Positions 1-15,000 of a DNA stretch of 64,000 bases are shown here, one piece after another. A model generated the notes under the pieces. It ran no database searches and was not told the DNA's origin. It was given only the letters and a program-made list of their open reading frames with translations. A program made the translations under genes and the position numbers. How positions within the stretch are numbered: position 1 is the stretch's first letter; each line of letters opens with the position of its first letter. Source of the stretch: Gammaproteobacteria bacterium. GTDB taxonomy: Bacteria; Pseudomonadota; Gammaproteobacteria; CBDBNL01; G965229495. Where the stretch lies: positions 2,357,211 to 2,421,210 of the forward strand of contig OZ245880.1 of the NCBI GenBank assembly GCA_965229495.1. The letters run 5' to 3'.

Positions 1-2
1 AT

Positions 3-3000
3 ATGCCTATCATTAATTTTTTAGTTGGCAATCAAGCTGATGACTATAGCGATGGTAGTATTCAGGCAACTTTTCAAGCTTATCACGAGCAGAAGTCCGA
101 TGTAATAACTTTCACTGAAAGAGTTGAAGAAGGCTTTATTTTCGATGACTATGATGGTATTGAGCTATTGCCAGAAGATCTGACAGCTGCTATTGCTTGG
201 CAGGGGTATGACGTTATCGATGTTTTGCGACCTACCGAGGCTGTTGACACTACTAGTGCTGCCTTGACTGATATCAGCGCTTTTGTTGCTAATGCGGTAT
301 TAGAAGATGTATTCATTGATATCCGATTTCCTTCTTTATCCTTAGATATTTTGCAGCTTGAAGCCAATAGCGACACTAGGGATGATGCTTCGGCGAGCAA
401 TGATTACTACTACTACCTGAATAGCTACCTGATATTAGGTTTGAGTTTTGATGAGGCTGTCATAATTCCCACATCTGGCGGCGAGTATCAATCTTTCGTT
501 GAGTTTGCGTATCAGGACATAGATGGCGCCACGCAGGTGCGGAATGTGCGCTTTGATCCAATATACGCTACCAGCATTTTGGCTGATTATGGTATTGATT
601 GGGATTATGTGAGCTCAGGTTTTAGCGAAGACATCTATTTTGTTTATCAGATTGGCACTGATGATAGTACTTCGGCTGCCGATGCTACTGGTTACATTAG
701 GTTAAATGACTTTAATATTACTGGTATTGTCGACCGCTCGGGTAAAGAATTTATTGTCGAATCGAATATAGCGCTTACGCCCGACGATGCGATAATAGAT
801 TTAGATAAGACTAGCATACATTCCTATAAGCTCTTAGTTGTTGATGAGAATGGTAATCAACTTGACAATTTGTACACCGAATTAGCTACTAACATTTCTG
901 GCGCACTTACTGAGGACAAGTACATAACGTCTGGGCAGGATTTAGTGATCGAATTATCATTTGGTCGCACATTTTCTGAGGAAGACACAGAGGTAGTATT
1001 CGATTTAGGTGGCGATACTGGTTTATATCTGGATATTGCTATCGATAACGACCAAGAGCGGGAATTTCGCGCAGTTATCCAAGAAGACACTGCCGATGAC
1101 AAATCGTACTCAGATGGCACAAGCACCTTGCGCTACCTACTCGATCTTTCCAACGAGCCCTCAGTTTTGAGTGATTTAGATGGCATCGGCATAGCTTTCC
1201 CTGAAGACAGCATGAGTTCCTACCAAGATCAGTCAGGCGAAGTCAACTTAAATTTTTCTGATACCTTTGTTGAATCTTTGAATTTTATCAATGTTGATAC
1301 TCAAGGGCCCAGTATTGAATCAGTGTATATGCAGCCTAGCTCTACTGGCTTAACGTTGTACTACGGCGATGAAGATGAGTTACAAATAACTGTTCAATTT
1401 GACGAATCAGTTGAAACTGTTGTGAGTGGCGGATTTCGTAATATGTTCCTTAATTTTAATTTATATGATCCGGACAGACCCAACACCGCTGGGCTTACAT
1501 CGCGTCAAGCCGATTACTTAAACAATGATGGTAACCGTAGTTACGTATTCACTTACATAGTGGATTTTGGCAATGATGAACCCTACGAACAAATTTATTT
1601 TGATTCGGTCGTGCTCGAATCCACTTCAGATGCTGATGTCACCACCATCATCGGCGATGCTCGTGACGACCCCAACATGCTCACCAGTGCCACCTTCACT
1701 AACGCCATCAGCGATGCAGTTGTTCAATGGCATGCCCTTGAGTTCGAAGGTCCTCAGATAGATACTTTGATTATCCCTGCTGGCGACCCCAATACCGGCA
1801 CCATCAGCCTCGGTGGTGGTGATGAATTAGCCTTGACCTTGGTGACTAACCGAGAGGTTGCCTTTGCCAGCTCTTCTGAGCCGCGTCTGGGACTATTGGC
1901 GGGTAATACGGGTGTAACTTTCAATTATCTGGGTGAGTACAACTCTAGCATCTTCGGCCTTTCGCATACTTTCACCTACACTGTCGATTCTGACGTAGAA
2001 ACCAACATCTCAGGTCTTTACATACCAACTGATGCTCTACATGTTGACGGCGAAGACAGCGTTCTGGATTCTGCTAATAATAACCTGGATACCAGTCTCA
2101 ATCTGTCTTCTACAGAGCATGTTGAAACTGGCGGCACAGCTTGGAATACCAATCCTACCGAATACATCCATATCGATTCCAAGGTGCCTGAATTCGCTAA
2201 TAAATTTATCCCTGCACAAGCCCTAAGTCTTACTCCTAACGCAAACATTGCTAGCATCATCACCTTCACCTCTGATGACATCTTCACACTTGACATTCAG
2301 AACAACAGCTCTTTCAACGATGAATTCCCAGCGAGCTTTGTCAGTGGCGGAGAGTTGGCGGTAGTTGACTTCACTCGCCCCACTTACCATGCCGAAATAA
2401 ACAGTGTCGATTGGTACATATGGAGCGCCATTCAAGACGGCTACTATCGCATCAGCACAGATGATCCTTATAGTCCGTGGCTATTCACCAAAACCAGCGA
2501 TGTTGTCACCATCCAGGATTTATTTGATGATGTAAATGGCGTCGGTGAATTTACGACCACCTCAGATTCTTGGTACCTCGTTAATGATTTAGAAGCTGGT
2601 GCCATAGAAGTATTTTCAGCTACTAATTACATCACTTCACAAACAATAACTGCCACCTTCGATCAGCTCTACTTGACTGGCGAAACCATCTACACCTACC
2701 TCGTCATAAGCGAGCCCATAACAGTAGCTGATGAATTTTCCTCTGAAGGCAGTTATGGCGAATACCCTGGCTATAGCCTGAGTTATTTTGATGACTCTAA
2801 TAGTGAAGCCAATCTATCCTTAGAATTCAGCCATTGGATCGAAACTCGTCCTGATAGCACCAGTGCTTATAGCAAGCAGGTGATGGTGTTCGCTAATACG
2901 CTGGACGCCGCTACTATCAACACTAGAGGCACTTCCGTCCGCCCGGCTCGCGAGCTCCCAGATGCCGCGCGCTTAGAACTCCGCGATTTATTTGGCAATG

Positions 3001-6000
3001 ATCTATTGGTCAATGAAGATGCTAGCCTTACTGTGTACAGCACCAGTGAGTCTAACAGCATATCTGGTATCCAACTCAGTGGTTACTTGGTAGATATTAG
3101 TGGTATCAGTTTGTACTACACCGATGACGATGGCGATCCAGCCGTTGTCAGCACCAATAGAACTTACATAATTGGCAATGAATTGATACTCGACATAACC
3201 TTCAGCGAAGAACTTACTGAGAGCTCTTACGATCCAGAACAAGACCTGTTTCTCACCTTTAGGTTTAATGATGCTTCGAGCAAAGAGCACATCCTTGGCG
3301 ATAGCAGCCCAGCTACTGGAACCTCTGATGTAGACCAACGCTACTGGTACAACTCGGATGACGCACAGTATTCAGGTCAAACGGTAGGTGGTCAAACGGG
3401 TAGAGGCAATTACGAGGATAGTGCCATAAACAACCCCAGCTCAGACTTCAACGACGTTCTCCGTTATATCTTCACTATCCCCGATAGAGCTGATGGCGAC
3501 GACTACAACACAGCCGAAGACGGCGTCAGCGATCCGAACCTTACGGTAACCGGCCTCAGCCTGGGCGCCAATTTAATAGACGAATACGGTGCCCGAGTCG
3601 ATAGTGCCGCCGCGATCGAATATTTGAATAACAACCCATTATTTATCAGCATAGACTCGGTGCGCCCGCAAATGTACCTAACGCCAACCGTCGACTACAG
3701 TCAGTTAGCAGAATTTAACACTTACTCGCGCGACGATTACTTCTCTACCCTAGAGGGCAACACCGAGCCACATCCGAGTGAGATAACTTTTCAGTTGTCA
3801 TTCTCTGAGCCCATCGTCATGCCAGCCTCTGCTTCGGGTATTGATGACGATGAGAGTGATTTTAGCGCCGGTTTAACTTTCTCACTAAGCGACAGCGATG
3901 TTAATCTCACTGCTTCGTCTTCGTATGTGCCTTTCTCTGGCAGTGGCGAAGCTCCAGAATATACCGGAGCCGAGTTCACTTACGAAGTAACAGCCATAGA
4001 CGACGGCGTCATCGAGAGCGTATCCATTAATGCCACCATTTACGACTTATCTGGTAATGAGAACAACTACACCTCCAGCATCTTTGACGAAGTTCTCTAC
4101 AACGGTATTTACCTTGACGGCGTTGCTGCAACCGCCGTTATAGCGGGCTCCAGCGATATACATATGAAGGTAGTCCCACCAGGTGGCAGCTTGCAACCTG
4201 TCGGCTCATCTACCTATGGCGTTGGTTCCACGCTTTATTTTGAGATAACTTACGATCAAGCCATCTACACCAATAACTTCTCGGATGCCGCCGCAGATAT
4301 CAGCTTAAATCTGCAAGTAAACACAGCAGGTTCTCTAGTGCAGGCGCCCATAATCGCCAGCCAACTTGATTCATACGATAGCGAAATTGGCAACCGCGAG
4401 CTCACCTTCACCTACGCCATCACCGACCTTGATGTTAGCAACGACTCAGGCTATCTATTGCATTCAATCGATTACAGCGTCGACAACGCTCGCTACGGCA
4501 TACTTGATTCCTACGGCAACGGCATCGACGAAACCAACTTAACGCACGACTTCAGTGATCTAGCTATCACTACTGCCCCAATAGATACCGTGCTTCCTTC
4601 TATAGACGCTGTAAGTTTCAACCACACCAAAGATTCAAGCAACACTCTCTACGGCGGCGGTGAAAATCTAACCTTCGTTCTCACCTTCAGCGAAGCTATA
4701 AACACCGACGTCTCCAGCTTCATGGACGACGACGCTGGCCTGAGCTTCAAATTAGCCTCGGTATCCGCCGAAGATAGCCATCGTATAGCCCTATATTCTG
4801 GAGAGCACGAGACCAACACCACCTTCACCTTCACCTACGAAGTCGGCTCCACCGAGGGCGTCAGCGATAACGGCGATATCTATTTAGACGATATGATCCT
4901 GCTGGGCGCCACCTACGACACCGCGCTCAACCTCGAAACTAACCTGACTTACGATGACCCGTCCAACCCGGCTGATAGCGGCTACGACGTCGATTCCGGC
5001 CCCCCCTACATCGAATCGGTATCTATCCAGTTCCAACGTTCTGGCAGTAGTATTAGCAATGTTGATGATGACACCAATTACTACCTCGGCATCGGCACCA
5101 AGGTTACATTTACTTTGACCTTCAATGAAGATATCAGCTTCGACGTTAGCGGCGACGAGCCCATACCCTATCTGCAGCTCAAAGCAGTAGACACAGTAAA
5201 CTCCACTCCCGAGCTCATACATGCGGAGCTAACATCAGCTTCTCAGACTGCCTTAAGCAGTGGTAACGCACGCTACATATCCTTCTCCTTCACCGTTGGC
5301 GCTGCAGCAACCGCCGACAACACCAGCACCGACGACAACATAACCAGCGCCGATAACAACATCAGCCAGCAAAGCCTCTACAACCCACTAGAAATCTTTG
5401 CCCTGCAAAATGCCGATCAAATCCGCGATGTCGCCAGCAATGTCCTCTCGAGCGCTAGCGCTCACGCTCTAACTGGCGATGAATTAACCGACATCCACAG
5501 CGATGGCGTTGATCCAGAGCCCGACGCCCTCGGCGACACTAAAGTTCATATAGACTCCGTTCGTCCCGAAATAACCGCAGTTCTCTTAGATAAAGCCAAT
5601 GGCATCTATGGCAATAACGACAACTTAAAGTTAACGGTAAACTTCTCCGAGCTTCTCGATACAGTCGCCTTAAGTACAATTGACAATACTAATACTAATG
5701 CTGTCAATTTAGTTATTACTCGCATCTACCCTGACTACGACGACCCGAGCGACGAGAACAGCACTTACACGTTTATCAGACAAAATGTCGGCGTAAACAC
5801 TCTTGATAGCTCTACTCAGGTGCTTTACGTTCTCGAGGCTCTTAGTGGCGGTTTTGCTAATTATTCTTATGAAGGAACCATCCAGCCCAGTTATGAAATG
5901 ACGGGAACGGGTCTCGTACGAGACATCGCCTACAACGAAATAGTCCCGCAAGACCTTAACATCACTGCCAATGCTGATGGCAACTACGTCTCCTCTTCCG

Positions 6001-9000
6001 CCTTATCGTCCTTCGCCGTCCCCGTAGCCACAGTCGACCACTATCCTCCTCGGGCAGTATCTGTCGATGTCCGTATTCCCAGCAGCGATTCCGTCGGCAC
6101 CATCCCCGAGACTGACGAGATCTACAAATTCGGCGATACCTTCGTCTTCACTGTAAACTTCCACGAAAATGTCAACATAACTGGTCATGAAGACAACTTA
6201 GCCAATCTGGAGCTTCTGCTGGATTTTGACGATAACAGCACTGACCGCGGCATCGCCCTCAGCGCAATCCCCACCTCCAGCCGCGACCAATTGCAATTCA
6301 CTTACGTAGTTGCTACTGGCGACCAAGCCATGCTAACGCTCACAGATGTCGATGGTAGCGTTACTGGCACTCCAAATACAGAATACAATCAAAGCCTTGG
6401 CATCAATGGCTTTGATCAGTTACTAAACAGCTTAGTTTTGCAAGATGACTACAACAACAGCATAATTCCCGAGGACATTGATTTTCGCTCCTACGACGCC
6501 GACGACAACGGCACTGACGACTACTCAGACCTTGATAACGATAATTTCCCTGATCCAGGCGAAGGCAGCGAAACTAGCCAATTCTTGCAACCCGATTACC
6601 CGGTTCTCGTCGACGGCATTAGCCCTTACTGGGTCAGCATCAGCACCAGTCGCGATGATGCGGATGTCGAGGCCTTTGGTCTTAATGAGAACATAACCTT
6701 CACCCTCACAGCCTCCGAGGATTTGGCTGAGCAAAGCGGTATGCAGCTCAAGCTCTTGCTGCGCGACGAAGATGGCAACGAGCAGAACCGCTCGATTAAC
6801 GGCGAATTTTGTCGCTATGATCCTAGTAGCTACGACCACAGCACTAACGAAGGCTGCTTCACCGCAGCCGACGCCAGCGCTAATGCCACCGAAATCAACC
6901 AATCCGTCATCATCTTCCCTTATATCGTCGGCAGCGATAGCCAGGATCGGGAAAATAATGGCATAGACCATAGCCTGATACTCTCGGAATCGGCTTACGA
7001 TTCTGGCAGTTCCTTTGCCAGTCGCGACATAGCTGGCAATGAATTCGCCTCTCATTCCTTTGCCGACATCCCGCAATTCATCGCACCTGCAAACGACGCA
7101 TTGGTTTTTGATACCACACCACCTATCGTCAAAGAAGTTTTGATAGAGATCACTGGTAATGATAACCTTGCCAAAACCAACGAGGAAATTGAAATCATCT
7201 TGTCTTTTACTGATGGCGACCTCAATCTCTCAGTCGATAGTATTGCCAATAGAGGTCTCAACATAACTGCTGTTGGTTTAAGCACTGGCGATAGTAATGG
7301 CAGCGTAGTTGATGTCAATTTTGGCTTAGATAAAAGTACGAGATCCAGCCTGACCTTCTCCGGTGACTTTACCGATAATATAGACTGGTCGGGCTTACTA
7401 ACCTTGCATATATCGGATTACAATAATTCGATCATTGACGAGACCACCCCACCCAATCGCATGAGCTCTTCTCTAGTAGTCGGATCAGGCTCTGACTCTC
7501 TGATAGAGACTTACATAGTAGATACCACGGCGCCGCGCGTCGCAAATAAGAACGAAATAACTACTCTTGTCAATAGTCCGATAACTTCGCCCTCGGAAGC
7601 CTATGGCCCTGGGCGCGAGCTCACTTTCCAGCTCACTTTTAACGAGTTACTTAGTTCGATAACAGGCGTTGGTATTGACATTGCCTCTCTGGATTTTTAT
7701 GTTTACGACTCGGTTGCTAGTCCCGCTCGATTAGAGCAACGCCGAGCTTTTCAGCCCACTACCGGCACAAACACGCGCCCGCGCTTGTCAACCACTCCTA
7801 GTGGCGATAAATCTGTCGCCTATTTTTACTACGAAGTGGTCTCGGGCGGCGCTGATTCGAGCCTCGACGACAACGGCACCGTTTACTTATCTTCTCGGAA
7901 TACCGCTGGTAGTGATAATCAGTATGGCGAGATTGCCGTTGATGCAGCGGATCTTGAGACCTATGGCATCTGCAGCCCAGGTGCCCTTAATGGCACTGAG
8001 TTTGGCTGCCACATCGGCTTGAACGCCAACTTGTACGACGAAAATGGCAATCAAAATTTCTATGGGTCAGATATAGACCGGGATGAATACCTGATCTACG
8101 CCTTCAACAGATACGATGAAGATGAACTGGATCCTTATACAATCACCAATCTGGTAACCGATCCCCTCGAGATAGTCAGTTATTCTATCCGCACTACTAC
8201 TAAAGACGAAGACCAGCGCGCTTTTGGCATAGACGACGGCGCAACTAATGACTCTAACACCACCATAGCTCAAACTGAAAATCAAGGCTTCATCGGCGCC
8301 TCGGAGACGGAAACCATATTCTTCATAGTAGAGCCGGGCTTTGAAGGTTTTGAACTCAACGACACCGCGCCCGTAGATATCAACCTAACCTTCTCGTTAT
8401 TACCTCCGAACGCTCCGGCTAATCCTGACGACGACGATTATGATTACTACGTAGCTACCTATTTTGAATCTAATACTGAGGAAATAACCCTTACTTTTGC
8501 CATGGCTGATTTTGGCGATATTGACTATGAATCCAATATTAGCCTTCATAAAGTCTCGCAAGCCGCCGACATTAAGTACAGCGGCGCTGGCGCCTCAATC
8601 GAAGCCTTCACTGATATCGAATTCAGCGCCAACCTTGATACTTGGTCTGCCAATTCCGATGGCACTATTTCTGCTGAATTCGATAATGACCTTGATGGTC
8701 GCCTTGATACCGGTCTATACCTCGACCTCAAGAAACCCGCCTTAATTGGAGTTAGTTCCTATGCCCTTGCCGAAGATGGCACCGCTGCTCAGCTATCAAG
8801 TAACAATGCGGAAAACTTATACTTTGGTCGTGGCGATCAGGTAGTCTTCCAGTTTACGTTTGACGAACCCATTGGCGAAGTCGTTGGCGACGGTAGCGGC
8901 ACCATCCAGCTACCTCTCGAATTATCCACTGGTCAAACGATCGTTGCCGCGCAAGCCCCACCCAATATTCCGGTTCCTGCCACTTCCACCACCTCCGATC

Positions 9001-12000
9001 TCAACATAACTTACACCATCCTTGATAACGATGCTGGTGAAGTAGTTAATGAGGAATTTAACTTGACCGCGATCGTAACCGACACCCATAGAAATTCCGT
9101 AGCTACTGGCGAACTCGATATCAGCTTAATTGGTAGGAATATCGAATTGCCACTCTTTAATGGCGAATTCCCTAGCTTAGAGATGGTAAATATCTATCGC
9201 TCTTTCACTCCCAGCTTCTCCGACGAAGAAGTATCAGACCCAGTGCCGGATTTGAACGCCACACCCGCAGTCGATAGCTACACTTTCACTGGAGAAGGTG
9301 ACAGTATCAGTAAAAAGTTTTTCATCGCGGCCACCTTCACTTACAGCTCATCCCTGGGGGAGACCGAACTACCGCACTTCGATACTATCAATAGCGTACT
9401 CCCCGATACCAACTACAGCTTTGACTTAGGTATCAATAATAGTCCTGAGTACAACGCCACTCTCGCTGGCTTTTTCTCTGAGTCCGCTAATAATTCTAAT
9501 TATTACGGCAATCGCGCCACTGGCCAAAATGTTATGGTCTTTAGCTTTGATGTTGAGAATGCTGGCGAAAATTTGGATAGCGAAGGCAATTTTATAAATT
9601 TACTCGAATTGTTCGGCGCTAACGACCTCAGCTCGGATCTCAAAGATGCTTACGGCAATCCAATAGCTCAAATGCCCGATAATCTGCCAACCGTCGTTGC
9701 CATAGATAACGTTCCACCAGAGCTGATTGGTTTGCAAATAGAGCCGCCTGGCACCACCAGTTATGGCCCTCTGGATACCAACATAACCTTTGCTCTTACT
9801 TTCTCGGAGCCTCTCAATGAATTCGAGACTACAAATAATGACAATCTGCGTTTGCAATTCACTATTACTGGTGACCGCGATAGCTCAAATGTTACTGTCG
9901 ATTCGCCAACTATTTCCAGTAGCCGTGCTGGCACTGGCATATATATTCCTGATCTTGACGATTCGAGTAATGCCCAATCCCTGGTAACCGGTCAAGTAGT
10001 TTATATGATGTTTAATTTGTTTGACGGTGGTATTGAGGAGGGCTATATCAATGCTAGTGTTGCTAGTATTGTAGTAGTAGATGGCAGCACTATTTACGAT
10101 ACCCATAAAATCAATGTCGATACTTACGCTGATGGCAATAAGCAAGAGATTAATAAAAAAGTAACTGGCACCAGCACCGCCGATGATGTTGATTTCTTTG
10201 TCCCCGTAATAACTATCAATAGATCCGAGATCGAACCCAATTATTGGAGTATCGAATATACCGAGGGCAGCAGCATCATTAACGATGGTAACCAGGGCTT
10301 GGCATACGAAAACAATAATACCAGCTCGCCACACGACAGCGACGCCCGCGTCGGCATCGACAAAACTGTCTCCTTCATAATAGGCTACGAGGCTGTAATA
10401 GAGGATGATAGTGTCTATAACGCCGATGATACCATCTCTTCCCTGGGCGAGACTACGCTCAACATCTCTTTCAAATCCGGTGATGGCAATAACCCGGATG
10501 GCGACTTCAATGCCACCTTTTCTCAGGTCAATACTGTCGATGGTCAATCCAGGCTCACCTATACCTACGATGTCGTCGAAAACGGCCTTATATACGAGGA
10601 ACTTACTTTTGTCGAAATACTGCTGCCATATTCAGACTCGCTTATTCGCTCGAGTGAATTTAATGAAATAGTAATCTCTGGGTCTACATACTTTGAGCAA
10701 GAAACCGATACTATCATAGATGGCACCTATCCTGAATTATTAGATTTTGCTATTGACGATGACGGTACTCTGCATCAGGACGGTGGCATCTATTATTTTG
10801 GTGAGGGTGATGTCATAACTTTCGAGCTCACTTTCTCCGAAATTCTCTTAGATGATGATGATAACAGCACAGTCCGGCCCGATATGGACTTGGAATGGTA
10901 TATCTTTGATGAAATTACCGATAGCGTTCGCAGCATTGATACCATCATCAGCGATGCTACCTCTAATAAATTCCTGAGTGTAATTAGCAACTACGATCCC
11001 GATGGCTCATTTTATGAGCTCGAATTTCCTATAAATCTAATCGAAAATTCTGCCTCCCTCGAAGGCTTGCAGGGCCGCATATTCCTCAGTGGCAGCGCTG
11101 ATAATCGCACCACTGTCTATACCGATGAAAGCGGGGACTTGCGCGACTTGGCGCGTAACGAACGAGATCGAATGGAATATGTCCATACAGCCGATGAAAA
11201 TCTAACTTTTGCTGTCGACTTCATTCGTCCGCAATTGCAGTATATCGTCTCCGAGGGTGGCGAGCCTGATGTCCAATATATCCAGTATGCTAGCATAGAT
11301 GCTCTGGAGCCAACGGCAATTTACTATGGTCGCGACGCTATAACCTTCCATGTAGTCCACGACTCGCCTCTCGATCGCTTTGGTACATCCGATGCCAATC
11401 TAACTCTATACGCGCTCGATAATACTGTTCCCACGGAACTGCAATTCTCTATGGAAAACGCTATTGGCGATTGGTCAACAGCAGAAAATTCTAATTTAAT
11501 TGACAACGCCCCGCAATTCATCTGGGATCTAACTGCCAATGAATACGCCGACATCAACTACTCTGCATCCCAAGCTCTAACCTTCACTCAAATCGACGTA
11601 TCCGTTTATGGCGATAGAGTTGGTAACAAACCCTATTTTGACCTTACCGGCACCGACCGCGAAGACTATAACCCTAATAATCTCTTGCTCAGTCTTAATA
11701 ATTACATTCCTAGCACTGCCACCGAAGCCGGTCAGCAGTTCCCTCAACCCACCATCTACGTCGACACCACCCCACCCATATTCAAAGTCGACAGCACCCA
11801 AGACATAGAAGTAACCAACCTCGCCCTCGTATTTGCCATCGAGCTCGATGCGCCCTTGAGCGCCCTTGAAGCCGACGCCAGCTTTAATGATCCCGACAGC
11901 AATTCATCGTTAAACTCCGCGCCCACTTACGAGCTATCCATCACCAGCCTTAATAACTCTACCGTAAGCGGCTTGCTCTCTCCCCACGCCGAGCAACCCG

Positions 12001-15000
12001 TGGGCTCCATGGGTGAAACCCTCGGCACCATCACCACCGATGACAATCAGAGCTTTATCTTCAGCTTTTTCTCCGACCCGGTCAGCTATGGCTATTACCT
12101 CGACAATTTGGCGGACAACACAGATCATGAAATCCAGCTTAAATTAACTGACTTTGTCGGCAACAGCTTCACCCATACTTTCAATGTTCATAAAAAAACC
12201 GATAAATTCCTCGCGCTCATCTCTGGCTGGGATTCTGATGGTAAGGTAGCTTACGATACCATAAGCAATGATAATGTGCCATTAGCTAACGACGCCACAG
12301 AGGCGATCTTCCTCGTTAGTTTTGTCGCCGATATTAACGAATCTACTTTGAGTAAAGATGATTTCAATCTAAGTTATTCTGGCGGCAATGAAGATGACTT
12401 ACAAGGGTTATACATAAGCGATACCATCAGCGAAAATCGTAGCGGTGAAGCCGAGTACGATTACTTAGTAACGGTAACTGGCGGCAATCTGCCCTTAGCG
12501 AAAGGCGGTCTTAAGCTCGCCTTCAGCGCTAACCAGGACATCGCCACTGCAAGCGGCTACGTGCTCAATCTGGATGACGTTGATGACGAAAATGAGTCCT
12601 ACACCTACAGCAAGGATTTTGAATTCTTTATCGATGATATAGCCCAGCTCAACTCAGGCTCGGCTTCCGAATCGCCGAGCGTCGAGCTCAATTTCACCGC
12701 GCCCACCACTGGCGCTGATCAAAACATAACTGGTTACAAACTTTATTACGGCTTGGGTACCGCCATCCCTACCAACGACAACTCGCCTTACTTCTCTGAT
12801 TCTGAAAGCAGCACGCGCTTTGCCAGCTCTGGCGACGTCTACACCTTCACCCATAAATGCCTCCTGATCCCGGATGGCAGCAGCGAAACCTACAATTTCC
12901 GCGTCGTCGCCCAATACACCATCGCCGCCGACGATCACGCTACAACTTACGAAACCTTGCTTTCAGCAAATTCCCCGCTTTCTGGAGACAAAACGGCTAG
13001 CGTAGAACTAAGCACCACCACCCCCGAGCTCGACCTGGAGCTTAACATTGGCTTGCACGATGGCCCGGACCTTCCCGCCACTTGCTCTAGCTCCAGCATA
13101 TCGGGCTCGGATTATGGCATATTATCGAATTTAGGTCGGGCAGTCGCGCTCTCCAGCAACGCAGACGACAGTGTTGACGATTTATACATAGCTGGCGACA
13201 CTAGCAGCACTGGCGGCGCCATACGCCATTACGTCCGCTCTGGTTCTCAATTCGAGCGCAACTCAGACGATACCAATCTGGATCTCGCAACCCAAGCCCG
13301 ACAAGTGCACACCTTAGCCGCCCCAGCCGCCACTGTAGCACCCTTCGATCTCTTTGCCGCCGGCAACCCTGCTCACTTATCCAGTAGTGTCAATACTGGT
13401 CTGGCTTACCTCTTCAGCAAGTCCTCGGGCGTCACCACTTGGCCCGATGATGATGAAGGCAAGCTCGACATAACTCCCACCACCCAAGCCGCCTCTGGCT
13501 CGGCTCTCGCCATAGCAGTTGTCGACAACGGCGCCACAGACGCAATCTTCGCTCTCATCGGCGAACCTCTTAGCGGCGGCGGCTCAGTTCGTATCTATGC
13601 ATTCGACCAATTCGCTACCAGCGGCAACCCTTGGACGGAACTCGGCACTCTCTCCCTCGCCGATCTCGACAGCATCGCCTCTAATGACTTCACCCCCTCT
13701 GAAGACGACGAATTCTTCGGCAGCGCCATCGCCCTCAGCGCCGATAGCGAGACCGTCGCCATCGCCTCCTCGCGCGCCGTCTACATATTTACTCTTAACG
13801 ACGCAGGCAATCTAACTCCTCTACACGCCATCTTAGCCTCCGATTACCTCGGCGCCGGCGCCTCCTTCACCACGGACGTCGCCAGCCAAGCGCGCTCTCT
13901 CGCCATCCAGGAGACCACAATTGCCAACGACAGCCGGGAAACCTACCTGCTCGCCATCGGCCTACCCCACGATTCCAATAGCACTCGCGGCATAACTTAT
14001 GTCGGCGATAGCGGCTTTATTGACGAAGGTAGCGACAGCACCAACAACTACGGCGCCGTCTTGCTCCTCACCAACACCAGCGATACTCTTACTGGCAGCA
14101 CCAATTGGCGCCGCCTCGCCTACTTGCGCTCCAACGATAGCTCTGGCAGCCAGCAAAGTTTCTACGGCAGCGGCGTGCTCTTCACCAATCCCTCCCAGCC
14201 CACCCTCATCGTATCGCAGCCTGGCTACGCCATTAATAACATCGGCGCTACCACCACCGCCTCTGCCGGCAATGGTCGCCTACACATCTACTACCTCAAC
14301 ACCTCCGGCGTCGACGCCTACGATCAAAACCATCTCATCCTCAAAGCCAGCAATACCATATCCGGCACCCTTGGCTACGGATACAGCTTTGATTACCGCG
14401 ACCACGTCCTCGCCATCGGTCAGCCCACCGAGAGCGACGGCGGCGAAGTCTCCCTGCTCAACTTATTCCCGCAATTTGACTATCCAGCGACAGGCGCTAA
14501 CCCCGAAGTCATAGCCAGCTCGGCGCTCAGCAGCAGCAATACAGCCACAGAATTAACCTTCGCCGTCCGCTTTCCCGCCACCGTCGACCACGATACTATT
14601 GAATCTACCGACTTCGCCGTATCTTTCACTGAGCCTTCTAATGCCATCACTTTTGTCGCAGATGATTTCGACATAGCAGAACGTCTCGACAACTCCTCGC
14701 TCGATTATTGGGAAGTCCGCGTAAATATACAAAATCCAGACCAAGTCCGAGCCGCAGGCAAAAGCGGCGACGTTTACCTGCTATTCGCCAGCAACGCCGA
14801 AATCAAATCCACCTCCGGCCTCACCTTCAACCTCAGCGACTTTAACCTCAGCGCCGCAACCAACGGCGCTGCCACCCCTTACGTCCTCGATTTCAGCGTC
14901 CCCACCCTCGAGTCCATCACCAAAATCTCGCCCCTCCAAAACGAAATTAACGTCGACCTGGTAACCTTCGAATTAGTCTTCAGCGATGACCTCAATACCA

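Noticed and set aside
3-5. Treating the ATG at nt 3 as the confirmed start of ORF1
   Set aside because: Only 2 nt of upstream sequence are available and the N-terminus has no signal peptide. The start is kept as a provisional coordinate only.
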